Positions 24,959 through 33,193 of a DNA stretch of 63,289 nucleotides are shown here, one piece after another (the first letter of the stretch is position 1; every line of letters begins with the position of its first letter). The DNA is taken from contig CAZDED010000009.1 in assembly GCA_964504535.1 (NCBI GenBank), positions 1 to 63,289 of the forward strand, given 5' to 3'. This stretch comes from an uncultured Gammaproteobacteria bacterium (GTDB lineage Bacteria > Patescibacteriota > Microgenomatia > Levybacterales > GWA1-39-11). The notes under the pieces are model-generated. The model made no database searches. It saw nothing but the letters and a program-made list of their open reading frames with translations, and was not told the DNA's origin. A program made the position numbers and the translations under genes.

Positions 24959-25807
24959 TTACATCTGTCCGCGTTCCAATTTTCTCTGCGCATCTGTCTC
25001 GTCAGGCCTCTCATAATCATCTTGTATCCTCCACGTTTTGCCACGTTCCGGGGTTGATACTTCGAATACCTCACAGTCCGTTGCGCCTTGTTGCCTGTGT
25101 CTTTGTCCTACATTTGTAGTATATCCTTTATCATATTCCAATTGGAATGTTATCAACTCGCGGTTGGAATTTTCTATGATCATATTGCAGGTTCCTGAAA
25201 GCATCCAATAACTCTCTGTTTTTATTCTGTGAGCTTTTTCAGAAAGCCTGTCACCCTCATTAATGTGCAGTATTTTAGCCATAAGAGGATTACCCTCCTG
25301 ACCAAAATGTAGCTCATAACCCCATGGCTTTCCGATACGGGCAACGTACTCTTGAGACTGAAAATTTTCCCGAAGCACATCCCCTTCATCCGGACTTGCC
25401 ATAGCGGCTTCCAATATTCTAGAGACGTTATCTGCATGAATACTATACCGTTGACCCTTTTCTATGCAATATCCCAGATCAGTCTCCATCTGCTTTGTCA
25501 CCATATTCCCCGCCTCATCCTCTATCTGAATAGTTGCCCTGCCGTCTCTAAATACAAATATCCTAAATCTATCGCTTATCTGCTCGCCTGTTTCTTTTCC
25601 TTCTTCAAAACGGAGCTCTGCACCCATATAAGGAAGCCCTTGTGGCGTCCAGACTGCTCTTGTACCCCAACTGGTACTCGTAGTCTCAACAAATGGTTGC
25701 GTAATAAATGTTGCCGCTTCAAAATACTTAGCTGCATCAGCATATTTCAGATTGTCGATATTAATTTCTTCCGTGTTTGTATTTTGGGGATGTGAATTGT
25801 CGTCCAT
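24959..25807 (-). CDS. Cupin-fold protein (mannose-6-phosphate-isomerase-type cupin, tentative)
   Basis: 282 aa. KPWGYELHFG...AKILHINEGDRLSEKAHRIKTESYWMLSG is typical of a cupin_2/PMI type II barrel. It starts 3 nt after the stop of the upstream IMPase-cluster neighbour. Confidence 0.45.
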   Translation of the reverse strand: MDDNSHPQNTNTEEINIDNLKYADAAKYFEAATFITQPFVETTSTSWGTRAVWTPQGLPYMGAELRFEEGKETGEQISDRFRIFVFRDGRATIQIEDEAGNMVTKQMETDLGYCIEKGQRYSIHADNVSRILEAAMASPDEGDVLRENFQSQEYVARIGKPWGYELHFGQEGNPLMAKILHINEGDRLSEKAHRIKTESYWMLSGTCNMIIENSNRELITFQLEYDKGYTTNVGQRHRQQGATDCEVFEVSTPERGKTWRIQDDYERPDETDAQRKLERGQM

Positions 25808-25902
25808 TTTTTAGTATTTATATTTGTACCATCTATTAAAATCAATTACAAATTTAATAGATGTCGAGCGTCTTCTTGGCGCGTCTCATCTATTCAAACC
25901 CG

Positions 25903-26703
25903 TTACAACGGCGTGAATTCCGGATTGCCAAAAAGCACTCTTATTTCATCTTGAACAGAAGGCATTGCACAAACAATAAATTCTTTGCTCTGATCTTTGT
26001 ACTTACCTACACTAATACCGGCTTCGAGAAAAAGCCCGAGTCGCGGCATGGTATCCATAATCTTTGCCGATTGATTGAGAAGCAGGCATGCATCGACACC
26101 ACCGGTAAGTAAGCCTAGACTAAAAGTAGCTGCTGTAACTCTCATTCTGTATGCATTCCGAGCGATAATATTTAAAAAATTCAATTTCCATTCGATATCA
26201 TCACTTCTTCCTCCAAATTCAAAATCTACAATACAATCCTTTAACTCAGTACGGGGAGTTGGTGACAATTTTATATTATTGAGATAAACACCTGAACCCT
26301 TTGATGATGAAAAGAGCTGACGGGAAACAGGATTGTAGACAACTGAAACAACCGGAAGATTATTATGAACAAGGGCTACCTGAACAAAGTACAGAGGGAT
26401 ATTGCCAACATAATTTTTGGTTTGATCGATAGGATCTATGACCCAGTTGAATTCGTGCTTTTCAGTACTTTTACCCTCTTCCAGAAGAAATCCGACCCCC
26501 GGCAGGACATCAAAAAGGGCATCGGTCAGCATTTTTTCAGCTTCAATATCTACCGAAGTAACCATGTCACGGCCATCTTTGTAGTGAATCGTTCCTTGAT
26601 TCTCCCGGGACTTGTATACAAATTCACCAACAGTTCTGACAATTTCTTGCGCCTTTTCCCGAATCTCTGAAAGATCTTGTTGCGTTGGAGGATTAGAATA
26701 CAT
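25903..26703 (-). CDS. Inositol monophosphatase / FBPase-family phosphatase
   Basis: 266 aa with IMPase motifs (GFLLEEG..., WVIDPIDQTKNY). Confidence 0.8.
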   Translation of the reverse strand: MYSNPPTQQDLSEIREKAQEIVRTVGEFVYKSRENQGTIHYKDGRDMVTSVDIEAEKMLTDALFDVLPGVGFLLEEGKSTEKHEFNWVIDPIDQTKNYVGNIPLYFVQVALVHNNLPVVSVVYNPVSRQLFSSSKGSGVYLNNIKLSPTPRTELKDCIVDFEFGGRSDDIEWKLNFLNIIARNAYRMRVTAATFSLGLLTGGVDACLLLNQSAKIMDTMPRLGLFLEAGISVGKYKDQSKEFIVCAMPSVQDEIRVLFGNPEFTPL

Positions 26704-28510
26704 CGACTTTTATGGTTGATAATATCTCTTCAAATGTTGCAGCTATGGATTTTTCAAGAATTTCGGCTTCCTGCATAATCTCCGCTTTTGATTTTTCCTG
26801 AAGTCTTCCTTTTACATTCGTGTAGTATTTCATCTTCGGCTCTGTCCCTGATGGCCGTGCGTGTATCACGGTTCTTTCATCCTCTGTAAAGAAGAATGAG
26901 ATCATGTCCCCCTTGTCCCATGCTCGAGTTTCTAACAACTCCCCTGTTTGGGCATCACGGAGCTCTCCAGTTAGTCTGTCTAGTACCTTTAGGACTTTTC
27001 TTTCCCCAATTTCCTTTGGCAGATCTTGCCTCAGCTTTTTCATAGCCAAATTCATTTGATCAAATGCTCCAAAACCTTCAATGAGTTTGTAATACAACCG
27101 TTCTGCATAATAACCGAACTTTTCGTAGATAGACTCAAGCATTTCGCCAGGAGTTGTATTGTTATCTCTGCAATAAGCAGCCATCTCTGCAGCAATAACT
27201 GCTGGTGTTTCAGCTCCTTTATCCCTGTAAGCGGTACCGAAAAGATATCCTACGCTCTCCTCTGCAGCAAAAATGAAGTTCTTGTCGGAAGGCAAATGCT
27301 CTATCCTATCCCCGATGAATTTGAATCCAACCAAAAGATCCCCAATAACCTCAACACCATAACTTTCGCCAATATCTCGAAAAAGTTCAGTTGTAACAGA
27401 TGTCTTTACCATAACAGGATTTTGGGGGAGTTTGCCTGCTTTAGACATAGATTCTAAGATAAAGTATTCCATCAGAACCGCCCCCTGGTTACCGTCTAAA
27501 TTCTTCCAGTTACCATCCTTGTCAGGAACAGCCATCCCGAGTCTGTCAGCGTCAGGATCACTGACCAGAATAATGTTGGCATCTGTCTTTTTGGCAAGTT
27601 CTATTGCCATGTCATAGCATTCTGCAAATTCAGGGTTTGGGAAATGACCGGTCACATTTGGGAAATCGCCATTCAACTCCATCTGTTCCTCAACAACCTC
27701 GATATTGGTAAACCCCAGTGCTTTAAGAACTGGCAGAACTGACTGTGATCCTACTCCATGGAGAGGCGAAAACACAATTTTTACATCCCTACTGTCGTAA
27801 ATAGATGCTTTTTTAGCAGACTCTGCAAATGCTGTATCAACTTCCTTTGAGATATATTTGATAAGACCTTTCTCAACTGCCTCATCAAAATTCATTTTCG
27901 TAATTTCAGAAACCTTGTTAAATTCTTCTTCTATCTGAAGTCCGACATTTGGAAGAACCTGTATTCCATTTTCGTCATAGACTTTATATCCATTGAATTG
28001 TGGGGGATTGTGGCTTGCAGTAAGCACTATCCCACCCGCGCAGTGAAGATACCGGACGGTAAATGATAGTTGAGGGGTAGCTTTGTAATAATCGTATATG
28101 TGAACAGGTATACCATTTGCTGCTAGAACGCGCGCGGTCTCCTTCATAAACTGCTCAGAGTTATGCCTACTGTCATAAGCGATTGCAACACCCTTTTGTA
28201 CAATTTCTGATTTATGCTTGAGCAAATACTGCGCGTAAGCTTGAGAGGCCCATCGGACCATATAATTATTTATCCTATTGGTGCCAATATCCATTACCCC
28301 CCTGATTCCCCCAGTTCCAAAGATAAGTACTCTATAAAAAGAATCCATCAGGTCTTCCCATTTTTCATCCTTAATTCTTTGAGAAAGTGCAGGTACAAAT
28401 TCTGAAAATTCTTCATCGCTTAGCCATTTGGTTATTTCACCAAACGCCTTTTCGTTGAGTTTTTTTTCGTCGAGGGCTTTTTGAAGTAATGATTTTAATT
28501 CTTCCAGCAT
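26693..28510 (-). CDS. Phosphoglucomutase/phosphomannomutase (alpha-D-phosphohexomutase)
   Basis: 605 aa with the active-site loop TASHNPPQFNGYK and metal loop DPDADR. Confidence 0.9.
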   Translation of the reverse strand: MLEELKSLLQKALDEKKLNEKAFGEITKWLSDEEFSEFVPALSQRIKDEKWEDLMDSFYRVLIFGTGGIRGVMDIGTNRINNYMVRWASQAYAQYLLKHKSEIVQKGVAIAYDSRHNSEQFMKETARVLAANGIPVHIYDYYKATPQLSFTVRYLHCAGGIVLTASHNPPQFNGYKVYDENGIQVLPNVGLQIEEEFNKVSEITKMNFDEAVEKGLIKYISKEVDTAFAESAKKASIYDSRDVKIVFSPLHGVGSQSVLPVLKALGFTNIEVVEEQMELNGDFPNVTGHFPNPEFAECYDMAIELAKKTDANIILVSDPDADRLGMAVPDKDGNWKNLDGNQGAVLMEYFILESMSKAGKLPQNPVMVKTSVTTELFRDIGESYGVEVIGDLLVGFKFIGDRIEHLPSDKNFIFAAEESVGYLFGTAYRDKGAETPAVIAAEMAAYCRDNNTTPGEMLESIYEKFGYYAERLYYKLIEGFGAFDQMNLAMKKLRQDLPKEIGERKVLKVLDRLTGELRDAQTGELLETRAWDKGDMISFFFTEDERTVIHARPSGTEPKMKYYTNVKGRLQEKSKAEIMQEAEILEKSIAATFEEILSTIKVDVF

Positions 28511-28538
28511 GGATAGATACTTTTGTTGACTAACCTAC

Positions 28539-29219
28539 TCATATTAGTTGAGTAAGGATCAGTATGTCAAGATGTTTTGATAGACCTACGGGCAATTTTC
28601 CTGATTTCATTTTTATCTCTGTTTCTTGCAGTTTTTTATAGAAAAAAAGTAAAGTATCCTTCTTCCACAAACGCAACTGGCTCTGAAGCTTTCCAACTTG
28701 CCAGGGCGCCATCTTTGAAAGGTCTGAGACAGTACTTCCATTTGAAAGAACCACAAGTAGTCGAATGCGCTTTAGTAGTGAATAAAAAATCAGCTCTTCA
28801 CTGGTCGTTTTGAGTAGTTCATGATACATTGCAAAAAGTCTTTTTCCATTCCCGGGAGCGTATGAGTCGAGGAACAAGAAGTAATTTTGAGGCAATAAAA
28901 AGTCCCTTACCGTCCCATTTTTTAAATTGCCATATGAAGTTTTAGGAAGTTTTTTATCTTCCCACAATATTAACAAGACTTGACTGTTACTCGCATTGAG
29001 AAAGTTAACAAAATCTTTTTTCTTGGCATTTCTTGATAAAAGGTTTTCAACAATAACCGCTTTTTTTTCTTCAAAAAGAGACGTTGATGTTAATTTCTCT
29101 TCAAGGTCTTTTAGAGAAAGGGTTTTTCCATCTAACATGGTGACCTGAAACCCCTCAGTCAGATCTGAATAGAATTTTCTTGAGGCAGAGATATCATCTC
29201 CATGAAGAACGTATAACAT
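28539..29219 (-). CDS. holA: DNA polymerase III delta subunit-like protein (short)
   Basis: 226 aa. The N-terminus MLYVLHGDDISASRKF... and overall helical pattern resemble short CPR-type HolA. This is a weak motif-level call. Confidence 0.5.
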   Translation of the reverse strand: MLYVLHGDDISASRKFYSDLTEGFQVTMLDGKTLSLKDLEEKLTSTSLFEEKKAVIVENLLSRNAKKKDFVNFLNASNSQVLLILWEDKKLPKTSYGNLKNGTVRDFLLPQNYFLFLDSYAPGNGKRLFAMYHELLKTTSEELIFYSLLKRIRLLVVLSNGSTVSDLSKMAPWQVGKLQSQLRLWKKDTLLFFYKKLQETEIKMKSGKLPVGLSKHLDILILTQLI

Positions 29220-29239
29220 GTGTCAATTATTATCAAAAA

Positions 29240-30379
29240 TCAAAAGAAAAAGCGAACGTAATCTATCAAAAGTTCTTTTGCACTATATAGCTGTTGCTTC
29301 TCCGGGGTCACTACCAGCTGTTTAAATTTAGTTATTTGCTTTATCGCAATCCCTTTAACTGCCTGGATAAGCGGCTGTCCTTTTGTTTTTTCCATTTTTT
29401 CCGATGTTGCATAGTATTCTGTGAACTGTCCATTTTTGACAAACGAAAATATATCAAACGCTCCTCCTTGAGAGTTGAGAAGAAACGGGGTTATTGCAAC
29501 AATTTTGTCTTTATCCTTACCCCAAAAATCGTCATAGGCTATTTCGAAATACTTTGCAACGACACTACCTGGCAACTTACTGCTGTCCCATCCGGTTTCT
29601 GTAATAAATGCCGGAACTTTTTTACCACTGTGAGCGTTTATAAGCTCGTATTCGTATTGATATGTAGTTATTCCTTCCAATTTTTTAGGCAATGGAGGTG
29701 CTACAAACCCTGGATTGGGGTAAGAATGCGATGCAAATCCATCAATCTTAGTGAAAATCTCTGGGTCATGGGCTAGCATTTTATTGAGATAAACAAAATT
29801 ATCCATATATTTTTTACCGTCATTTGGCGCAGCATTATCAAGTCCACTCATGATGACATAGAAATTTTGACTTCTCTCTTTGAAAGTATCGTACGCATAT
29901 CTTAAAAGACCAGCGTACTCTATGGGGCTTGGTGCCTCTCCTCCCCATTCATCCGACCTATTAACTTCATTAAATACGATTATGTATCGGTTCTCGATAG
30001 GCCAATTTAGGCTATTTAAGAAATTTGCAAAATCCAAAATATCAGTGGCAGTCGGCTTGCTCCATGACGCGGTATTGAAAGGGTCACCCTGCGTTGCAAG
30101 TCTTAATATTGGAATCAATTTTAAATTTTTTGCCGAATCCATGAAGTTTTGCCATTTCTCAATATCTTTATCCCCTGCTTGTATTGGAATAGTTACATAT
30201 CCCCACTCACCTGTTTTTGAATTTACAAGATTTGCGGCATCGGGAAGTTCTGATGGGAATAAAATGTGAATACCATAGAAATTGTTGGGGCGGGACAAAG
30301 GATCAAAAAACGCAGATGTTTTGACTGGAAAGACGCATATTAAAAGACACAATATGACAACGGCAAGAATCTTTTTCAT
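29240..30379 (-). CDS. Secreted TIM-barrel glycoside-hydrolase-like protein (clan GH-A features)
   Basis: Signal peptide, an Asn-Glu acid/base-like motif (IIVFNEVNRSDEWGG) and a nucleophile-like motif (AFITETGW). Confidence 0.5.
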   Translation of the reverse strand: MKKILAVVILCLLICVFPVKTSAFFDPLSRPNNFYGIHILFPSELPDAANLVNSKTGEWGYVTIPIQAGDKDIEKWQNFMDSAKNLKLIPILRLATQGDPFNTASWSKPTATDILDFANFLNSLNWPIENRYIIVFNEVNRSDEWGGEAPSPIEYAGLLRYAYDTFKERSQNFYVIMSGLDNAAPNDGKKYMDNFVYLNKMLAHDPEIFTKIDGFASHSYPNPGFVAPPLPKKLEGITTYQYEYELINAHSGKKVPAFITETGWDSSKLPGSVVAKYFEIAYDDFWGKDKDKIVAITPFLLNSQGGAFDIFSFVKNGQFTEYYATSEKMEKTKGQPLIQAVKGIAIKQITKFKQLVVTPEKQQLYSAKELLIDYVRFFF

Positions 30380-30432
30380 GGTGTATACAATATTAAAGAG
30401 TTTAGCTCAAAAGTCAAATGAAATGAGTAAAA

Positions 30433-30609
30433 CTATTTCTTTTTTCGTGAAGAGGCTTTTGAAGGAAGATACCAAAGAATAACACCGCCGACTGCAAAAA
30501 GTGCACCTGTAATCTGACTACCATCTGACGCAAATTGGGAAAATTGTGGATAAAAGTAAATGATGACTCCTACTACTACTAGAACGAGGGCAAGATTTCT
30601 TTTGTTCAT
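30433..30609 (-). CDS. Unannotated small two-TM membrane protein (58 aa)
   Basis: Hand translation gives MNKRNLALVLVVVGVIIYFYPQFSQFASDGSQITGALFAVGGVILWYLPSKASSRKKK*. It falls below the 60-aa cutoff of the ORF track and fills an otherwise empty gap. Confidence 0.4.
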   Translation of the reverse strand: MNKRNLALVLVVVGVIIYFYPQFSQFASDGSQITGALFAVGGVILWYLPSKASSRKKK

Positions 30610-30661
30610 GAAACTAGCGTATCACCCTTAAAAATAACTTGTCAAGGGGCAAAAAAGGGGT

Positions 30662-30703
30662 TAAGGATAAAGAATCAAGAATTAAGGAATTATGGATTAT
30701 AAT
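30662..30703 (+). repeat. In-phase heptamers TAAGGAT-AAAGAAT-CAAGAAT-TAAGGAA-TTATGGA-TTATAAT upstream of dus
   Basis: Direct reading. The repeat runs across the track's ATG at 30692. Confidence 0.65.
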
Positions 30704-30709
30704 ATTAAG

Positions 30710-31735
30710 ATGAAATTTAGTTGGAAAACTTTGCCAAAGCCTTTTTTTGTACTCGCACCCATGGAGGGAGTAACTGATACTGTTTTTCGTCAAGTCGTAG
30801 GAAGTCTTGCCGCACCCGACGTATATTTTACCGAATTTACTAATTGTGAGGGAATGATGTCAAAGGGAAGGGAGAAAGTCGGCAGACGACTTATATATAG
30901 TGGACATGAAAAACCACTTATTGCACAGCTCTGGGGACTTGATCCTAATGCATTCTTTGAGGTTTCGAGAATGGTTGTTGAGATGGGATTTGAGGGTGTA
31001 GATCTTAACATGGGGTGCCCGGTCAGTGCTGTAGTTGCTAGGGGCTCATGCTCTGGCCTTATTGGCAACCCTACCCGTGCAAAAGAAATGATAGAAGCAA
31101 CAAAAAAAGGAGTCCAGTCCGCCGGCTGGGGGATTCCTGTGAGTGTCAAAACAAGAATTGGACTTAAAAGTATTACTACAGAGGAATGGATAGGATTTTT
31201 ATTAGAACAAAACCTGGATGCACTTACCATCCACCTTCGTACCCAAAAAGAAATGTCAAATGTTCCCGCTCATTTTGAAGAACTTGAAAAAATTGTAGCT
31301 TTAAGAAATAAGATTTCACCAAATACTGTACTTATTGCCAATGGCGATATCATGTCTAAATCACAGGGAAAAGAATTGGTTGAAAAATACGGCATTGATG
31401 GGGCAATGATAGGACGAGGAGTATTTCATAATCCATTTGTCTTTGATGAGTCCGTAAACTACGTACTACAAACTAAAGACCAGAGAATTGAACTTCTTAA
31501 ACTTCATATAGATATGTTTGAGAAAGTGTGGACTCATGACCACCCTCTCTCTGAAAAAGAGATAGCAAAACTTTTCCCACCTCTCAAAAGATTTTTTAAG
31601 ATTTATATCAGTGGATTTGAAGGAGCCGCAGAACTGAGAGAAAAATTGATGTCAACAAAAAGCATTGACGAGACAAAGAAAGTGCTTGGGGGATTATATA
31701 ACATTTCAATTCCTGAAGCTAATGCGACAAATTAA
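30710..31735 (+). CDS. dus: tRNA-dihydrouridine synthase
   Basis: FVLAPMEGVTDTVFR, LNMGCP and KTRIG motifs. The track start is 30692. ATG 30710 (MKFSWKTL...) is preferred because 30692 lies inside the heptamer repeat. Confidence 0.85.
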   Translation: MKFSWKTLPKPFFVLAPMEGVTDTVFRQVVGSLAAPDVYFTEFTNCEGMMSKGREKVGRRLIYSGHEKPLIAQLWGLDPNAFFEVSRMVVEMGFEGVDLNMGCPVSAVVARGSCSGLIGNPTRAKEMIEATKKGVQSAGWGIPVSVKTRIGLKSITTEEWIGFLLEQNLDALTIHLRTQKEMSNVPAHFEELEKIVALRNKISPNTVLIANGDIMSKSQGKELVEKYGIDGAMIGRGVFHNPFVFDESVNYVLQTKDQRIELLKLHIDMFEKVWTHDHPLSEKEIAKLFPPLKRFFKIYISGFEGAAELREKLMSTKSIDETKKVLGGLYNISIPEANATN

Positions 31736-32115
31736 GAAGAGAAAACTACTCCAACTTTTCCTTGACTACCTGTTATCAAATCATAAAATTCTACCGGAAC
31801 GACTGAGTTTTCTACCCTCCTCCACATACCGATGTGGCCATGGTCGTAGGCAATAGTCCTGTCCTCATTTAAACTAACAGCCACTCCCAGAACTAGCTCA
31901 TTCCTATAAAGAACCTGTTCCTCTCGTATCCCGGCCACCTCTTGCAGTGCCTCGCGAAGCTTCGTCGCTTCAGCATTCTGATAAAATTCGTACTTTGAAG
32001 TACCCTTCCTGTTATCAGCTACAATTCCTATCTCAACGGTAGTGCAGCTTGTTATCTTCCCCATTACGCGAGCGGTGGCAGGATCGATGGGATGAATGTA
32101 TTCTAATCTTTTCAT
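31732..32115 (-). CDS. Hypothetical protein (127 aa)
   Basis: The track ORF 31732..32160 is trimmed to ATG 32115 (MKRLEYIHP...) because the upstream part overlaps tRNA-Lys(TTT). The purine-rich GGTAGAGG precedes this ATG. Confidence 0.5.
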   Translation of the reverse strand: MKRLEYIHPIDPATARVMGKITSCTTVEIGIVADNRKGTSKYEFYQNAEATKLREALQEVAGIREEQVLYRNELVLGVAVSLNEDRTIAYDHGHIGMWRRVENSVVPVEFYDLITGSQGKVGVVFSS

Positions 32116-32128
32116 ACCTCTACCTAAG

Positions 32129-32200
32129 TGATCCGGCAGAGATTCGAACTCTGAACCCAAAGCTTAAAAGGCTTTTGCTCTACCATTGAGCTACCGGACC
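32129..32200 (-). tRNA. tRNA-Lys (anticodon TTT)
   Basis: Reverse complement: GGTCCGG-TA-GCTC-AATGGTA-GAGC-A-AAAGC-CTTTTAA-GCTTT-GGGTT-CAGAG-TTCGAAT-CTCTG-CCGGATC-A. Confidence 0.85.
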
Positions 32201-32286
32201 AACGGCTCAACATCAGCTTTGTTCCACATAACTTCAATTGAACCGACCCTAATTTTACCAAATTCACCCTCATATAAGCAAATGGA

Positions 32287-32323
32287 TTGTCAATTTGACA
32301 AAAACTGCAATATTTTTCATACT
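32287..32323 (+). promoter_or_regulatory. Promoter (TTGACA, 17-nt spacer, CATACT) whose -35 box is embedded in the 15-bp palindrome TTGTCAA-T-TTGACAA
   Basis: Palindrome at 32287-32301, -35 at 32295-32300, -10 at 32318-32323. A strong SD (GGGAGGGGAGGTGA) precedes the ATG at 32347. Confidence 0.5.
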
Positions 32324-32346
32324 GTGAAGGGAGGGGAGGTGAGAAA

Positions 32347-33003
32347 ATGGACAGTGTAAACAATGTTTTAATAAGTACATTGAATGGAAGTGTATCAACT
32401 ATCTTCTCTTTTATCCCACGCTTCTTGTCCGGTTTTATAATCCTTCTGATTGGAATAATAATCGCTACTTTTTTAAGGCAACTTGTACAAGAAGTTCTCA
32501 AATTCGTTAAATTTGAGGTATTTCTGAAAAAGTACGGCGTTCCTGAATCAAAAGAGAATGCACAGTGGAGTGTAATTATTGCTGAGATAGTCAGGTGGTT
32601 TGTTATCATTGTATTTTTAGTACCAACAGCTGATGTCTGGGGACTTGGTAAATTTGTAGATGTTCTCAACAATTTACTTCTTTTCCTTCCAAACGTTTTC
32701 ATAGCAGTACTGCTGCTTTTAGTCGGATTTGTCGTCTCAAAATTGGTCTATGATTTACTCTTGGCTTCGGTGAGAGGACTCTCAAAAGATAGCGCAAGGA
32801 CAATTGCTATGGTGGGAAGATGGTCAGTGCTCACCTTTGTGTTCTTGGTAGTTCTCAATCAACTAGGGATTGCAAGTGATCTCATACGGATTCTCTTTTC
32901 GGGCATAGTGGCAATGCTAGCTCTTGCTGGTGGACTGGCTTTTGGTCTTGGAGGAAAGGATGCGGCAAAGGATATCATAGACAAACTTCGTAAAAAGATC
33001 TAG
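32347..33003 (+). CDS. Membrane protein with repeated conserved TM helices (TM_helix / small mechanosensitive-like, tentative)
   Basis: 218 aa with four or five TM helices and internally repeated helix-loop units. Confidence 0.55.
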   Translation: MDSVNNVLISTLNGSVSTIFSFIPRFLSGFIILLIGIIIATFLRQLVQEVLKFVKFEVFLKKYGVPESKENAQWSVIIAEIVRWFVIIVFLVPTADVWGLGKFVDVLNNLLLFLPNVFIAVLLLLVGFVVSKLVYDLLLASVRGLSKDSARTIAMVGRWSVLTFVFLVVLNQLGIASDLIRILFSGIVAMLALAGGLAFGLGGKDAAKDIIDKLRKKI

Positions 33004-33121
33004 TTTGTTGCATTTTGCTATACTCGAGCTGTAATTAGATGACAGATGAAGCTCTCGCATAACCGAGCACTTTATTACTAGGCATGATTCGGTTATAATA
33101 TAAGGCTGGTAAATCACATAC

Positions 33122-33193
33122 GGCCCGTTCTTCTATCGGTTAGGAAACAGGGTTTTCATCCCTGTAGGGTGGGTTCGACTCCCACACGGGTCA
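33122..33193 (+). tRNA. tRNA-Glu (anticodon TTC)
   Basis: GGCCCGT-TC-TTCT-ATCGGTTA-GGAA-A-CAGGG-TTTTCAT-CCCTG-TAGG-GTGGG-TTCGACT-CCCAC-ACGGGTC-A. A TATAAT box lies at 33094-33099. Confidence 0.8.

Noticed and set aside
25830-25863. 11-bp inverted repeat CATCTATTAAA-N12-TTTAATAGATG between the IMPase and cupin genes
   Set aside because: It is a real palindrome but AT-only, has no U-tract and occurs only once. It may be a weak terminator or operator, but I have nothing to support a specific call.
32124-32702. 192-aa minus-strand ORF
   Set aside because: It overlaps tRNA-Lys(TTT) and runs antisense to the well-supported 32347-33003 membrane-protein gene with its promoter and SD.
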